Below, piece after piece: positions 58,414 through 64,000 of a stretch of 64,000 nucleotides of DNA. The notes under the pieces are model-generated. The model saw only the letters and a program-made list of their open reading frames with translations. It made no database searches and was not told the DNA's origin. Position 1 is the first letter of the stretch. Every line of letters starts with the position of its first letter. The stretch covers positions 15,438,001-15,502,000 of the forward strand of contig OX597824.1 of NCBI GenBank assembly GCA_951406725.2, written 5' to 3'. This DNA comes from Octopus vulgaris. Taxonomy: Eukaryota. A program made the position numbers and the translations under genes.

Positions 58414-59135
58414 GCATGCATATATGTACGTATGTTTGTGTGTATATTTGTGAGTATGTATGCGTGTGATTATGAATGTCTAGAAATACTCTTCTTCCTG
58501 TATGCTTTAAAACTTCGTGCAATGTTGAAGCAAGACAATGGACCACATACCACATCCATTTTGTCTGTTACATATCAGATTCTTTGTAATTCAGATAAGA
58601 AAATTACCAAAATTATCTTCTGTTAAATTTTCAATTTATCTCTCCCTGCCTTTTCCTATTCAACACTATTTTCTTTAATTAGATCTGAAATATCGATCTC
58701 CTTCTAAATTTCGATCATGTTTTATTTCCTAAGATTTTCGTCTCGGCTGTTTGCTTAATTATATTTATTTCGTTTCGTTATTCACATTATTTGTTTTACT
58801 ATTACTGTCAGTGTTTGATTGAAATCAACATTAAATATATTAATGTCGCGAACCATTATCGAAATGTTTCGTGTGAAGTGTTGGTAGCACTTGTTTACTC
58901 ACTTTTCATCCATTTCAAAGTCACAATATAGAACCAGTTAGATACTTATATGTATATATATAGGGACTGGTAACCACTATAACCTGTAGTGGCGAACAGT
59001 CAACACGTTATACTGAGGCTGACCAAAGAATTACTATTTTTAGATATAACTGGGGTACTTAAATGTACTCATGTTTTTTGCTTTGGCTTTTTTCCATGGG
59101 CGCATGTAAGTATCTTATTTATATTCTCTCGTAAG

Positions 59136-59195
59136 CTCTACTGAAGAGGAATAAGTCTTTTATGAGATTAATTCCGAAATTGATTCAATATAGAG
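59136..59195 (+). ncRNA. Apparently intact minimal type-I hammerhead ribozyme
   Basis: ctcta-CTGAAGA-ggaat...attcc-GAAA-ttga t tcaa-TA-tagag; all core nucleotides present. Confidence 0.82.
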
Positions 59196-59492
59196 ATAAC
59201 GAATTTTAGAGACTCTAACGGCCAGCTTGCCCGACTTCAGTTCTTCGATTTTTGTAGCGAGTAGATTATATGTGGAAATTGACGATTTAATAGTCTGTTA
59301 TCAGCATATTGGCTTTCAAATCATTTTCGTTAGCCCTTACTTATAAGTTGTTTATATATATATACCTAGTCCTATTCCCCATTTTCTTGGGAGAGGGTAA
59401 CAACAGTATGACACACATCAGGCATTCCATTCATTTCGCAGCTAAAAGGGGCGAGCCCCGTTCTATGCTCGGGTCAAGGCATAGGACGCAAC

Positions 59493-59795
59493 GGAGGCAC
59501 ATGGCCTAGTGGTTAGAGCAGCGGACTCACGGTCGAGGCATCGCGGGTTCCAATCTCAGACCGGGCGATGTGTGTGTTTATGAGCGAAACACCTAAGCTC
59601 CACGCAGCTCCGGCAGAAGGTAATGGCGAAATTTCTGCTGAACCTTTCGCCACAACTTTCTCTCACTCTGTCCTCCTGCATCTTGCAGCTCACCTGCGAT
59701 GGACCGGCGTCCCGTCCAGGTGGGAAACCTATACGCCAAGGAACTGGGAAACCGGCCCTTATGAGCCAGGCATGGCTCGAGAAGGAACAAACAAA
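59493..59795 (+). mobile_element. tRNA-derived SINE sharing head and core with family C, different tail
   Basis: ggaggcacatggcctagtggttagagcagcggactc...acctaagctccacg...caactttctctcactct, then an unrelated 3' end. Confidence 0.8.
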
Positions 59796-60433
59796 GAAAT
59801 AGGACGCAACCACCAATATCAGCAGCGGGGCCCGAGGACATTTTCTGGTTTCCCTCAGCTACATCACGCTTGTTCTGTATCCTTTGAGCAACATCAAAAT
59901 TCACTCATCCGTCCAGATACACTTTCCAAGCTTTCCTATCATTTATAAACCCTCTTGCCTCTCTCATTCCAGCAACCCTAACCACCGAAGCTTTCCTCAC
60001 TCCATCCATTCACTCAAAATGAGGTCTGCCTCTGGTTCTGTTCCGCTCCTCAACATTCGTCTATCCAATATGGTTGTTAGTTTTTCTCTCATTTCTGCTC
60101 ACCAAATATTTAACCATTATATAATATTTATTAGCGTTCATCCTCCTTCGTTGTTGATGTTTATATTTCATTAATGTTGCGGAAAATGTAGGCCAAAGAT
60201 TTAATTTAGTCACGTACTGGAGACTTGACGTTGGGCAGTTATGCAACGTAACCCATTCTGGGGAAAAAGAGAGAGAATATATATTCTTTTATTCTTTTAT
60301 TCTTTTACATGTTTCAGTCATTTGACTGCAGCAAAGGCTAGAGCACCGTCTTTGTTTTTTTTTATTATTTTAATTAAAAAAAAATATAAGTATCCAAAAG
60401 AATTAAAAAGTTTAATATAAGATAAAGAGTAAA

Positions 60434-60530
60434 ACCACTACGATCGTTTCATGCCCATAATCTAATTCGAATAACAATAATTTGAATTCAATTCATAATT
60501 CGAATTATGGTTATAGTCAATCTTCAGATT
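60434..60530 (-). ncRNA. Degenerate hammerhead motif
   Basis: Minus strand CTGAAGA-long stem II (ccataat...attatgg)-GAAA-cgatcg-TA; stem I pairs poorly. Confidence 0.5.
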
Positions 60531-61701
60531 AATGATAATATTTAAATAAATAATCAAAAATATTTAAACAGTGTTTTTTAAGAAATAAATAAAATATTAA
60601 TTTTTCTTATAAAAAACTCTATTATCAAACTAGAAACATTAACGATTATGATTATGTCACCAATCGATTATAATGTTAAATATTAATTTTTAAGTATTAA
60701 TTTTTAAGGTAAGAAACCCACAAATAGTCTAATCTCAGTTATAGTCAATATCTAATTACATAGATATTTTACAAAAAAAAAATGACTATTCATATTATTA
60801 AATATAATTTCAAGTCAAATAATTATATAATATTTGAATAATAACTAAATTATCAATGAAAATATATAAATGTATATAGATATAAGAATTAAGATCTAAA
60901 ATTATCTCTATCAATAAATATATATTCACGTATAATAAAGACCTAATAAATTAATTATTCATTATTACTTATAAAAATATTAAAATAAAAAAGATGAAAT
61001 AGATAATTGTAAACAAACAAACAAACAATCTTAAAAGAACGCTATAACTAATTAACGATCCATATATCTCGTTGGTTAACTAATAACTTTCAAAATTCGT
61101 ATAGTTAAGAAACTAAAATGAGCTCACTGGAAGGTCTCATTGTCGTTGATAGCATTGTCATTCCTCCTTTGAGCAATTAACTTTTCCCGAATCACTGCAC
61201 AGTAAGCTCAAATTCCACCAAAGTCAACTTTACTATTACATCATCCTGGGATCACTAACTAAGCACCAATTCAAAATGGCGTGGTGGATTTATAAGTGCA
61301 TCAGACTTGATGTTTTGTGATTTGGGTTTTGGAACTGTGTGGTCTGAGTTCAAAACCCACCATGTCTTATTTGCGTAGTAAACTTACCCCATCGCCGGCA
61401 GTGATACCACCTCCTGTGTACTTTTGTCGCAATCCTCCCAGTGGCAGGCAAGAGAGCTAGGCCTCAAATTTAACGATACCTTCCTCTCATCAGTCTCGAA
61501 GGCTCTGTAGCGTATCCTGAGCAGTGCCCTCATTCCTGATTCAAAGATAAAGAATCCATGTGACTTGAGAGTTCGGTCTCTACTGAAGTGCCCTCTGACA
61601 GGGATTTGCCATGCTATACTAACAAATACAATTCACAGATATTTAGGTACACAAGCACACAGGTGCCTGTGTGTGTGAGTGTATGTATGGATGTGAATAA
61701 A

Positions 61702-61757
<56 letters not shown>

Positions 61758-61921
61758 TGTGTGTGTGAATGTTTAAATGTATATATGCAATTATATTTTC
61801 CCCTGTAAAAACAACACACGCGCGCACACACTCATACACATACACCGCACACTTGGATATGAATAAATAGGTAGCTAGATAGATTGATTGATAGATAGAC
61901 AGACACATAGATAGATAGATA

Positions 61922-62467
61922 GATATGTTTCTTTATTAGCCACACAGGGCTGCACACAGACAGGACAAAATTACAAGGTAGAGCTTTTCTTTTGGGGGTA
62001 AAAGAATGGGGTTTGGTTTTCTATCAAAAGGGATCGTAAATGGAAAGAAAGAGGACAAAAAGGGGGGGGGATAAAAAAAAAAAAAAACGGGGGGGGGGTA
62101 ATGAAAAAAAATTGATGAATAGGGATTGTTATCACAGAAATGTCAATATGAAGTGTAAAGGGGAGGACAGATGAGGTTTACCCGTGGAAAGAAAAGCCTA
62201 CGGAAAAGAGTACGGTAACCTCGGTCAATGAAGTCACATGCGATATTTCTTTTTTTTTTTTTGCAAATAAGCAACTCTCTGTATTAATTTTTACGGTTCA
62301 TAGAATCATAGTCAAGGTGGCTTCGTCATTCATACGTGCCATCCTTGCTACATTCACCCATCTTTTTTTAAAACATTCACTAAACAAAACTTGCCTCTCT
62401 ACTCTCACTTTCCTCTTCAAGTGATACTTGAAGAAGTTGATGAGAGATTGACCAAAGAGGAAAGTGT
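61922..62467 (-). mobile_element. Tx1-like LINE 3' copy (~545 bp) in (GATA)n
   Basis: Colinear with 27453-28010; GATA arrays on both sides. Confidence 0.9.
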
Positions 62468-62486
62468 AGATAGATAGTAGAAAGAT

Positions 62487-62538
<52 letters not shown>

Positions 62539-62566
62539 GGATAGCTAGATAGCTAGATAGGTAGAT

Positions 62567-62643
<77 letters not shown>

Positions 62644-63010
62644 CATACATACATACATAGACTGATACAGTTACACATAAAATATACATCGGATAATAAT
62701 AAACAATTGTTTAAAATCCATTGTTTATTTTCCGTCAGTAATATCCTCAACGTAAAAACGAAAGTGAAACAGAAATAATCAAAAAACAAAAATGAAACAA
62801 GAAAGTAAACTGAAACAAATAAACAAATAATAAAACAAAATTAATAAAAAAACAATATCTTGTTATGAAGGAAAAAGTGGTTGCACTTGCGCACCGACGT
62901 TCTTCTAATCGTTTCTCCTCACCATCATGTTAATACAAAAAAAAAAAAAAGATAAGAGAACTCACCGGCAGACACTCAGACATCAAACTATCAATCACCA
63001 TCGGGGAATA

Positions 63011-64000
<990 letters not shown>

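Noticed and set aside
59800-60120. Possible LINE reverse-transcriptase relic (KLRWLG on the minus strand)
   Set aside because: One short motif among many stop codons; too weak to call.

Overview
This is AT-rich eukaryotic intergenic or intronic DNA. I infer a cephalopod, probably Octopus, from the tRNA-headed SINE families and the very high (TA)n/(GATA)n/(AAT)n load. I cannot support any host protein-coding gene; most ORFs in the track are microsatellite artefacts. The window is a mosaic of mobile elements: several tRNA-derived SINE families, five 3' pieces of one young Tx1/L1-type LINE tied to (ATCT)n arrays, an R4/Dong-type relic ending in (AAT)n, mariner relics and MITEs, a non-autonomous Helitron, a ~3.2 kb satellite of 52-bp units and a G-rich minisatellite. 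The main hidden signal is about 11 minimal type-I hammerhead-ribozyme motifs (CUGANGA / GAAA / short palindromic stem III / NUH) on both strands. One looks intact (59136-59195) and one is split by a mariner insertion. Many lie in short non-coding, (TA)n-embedded fold-back elements resembling Penelope-like pLTRs or retrozymes. All folds and alignments were done by eye, and element boundaries are approximate.
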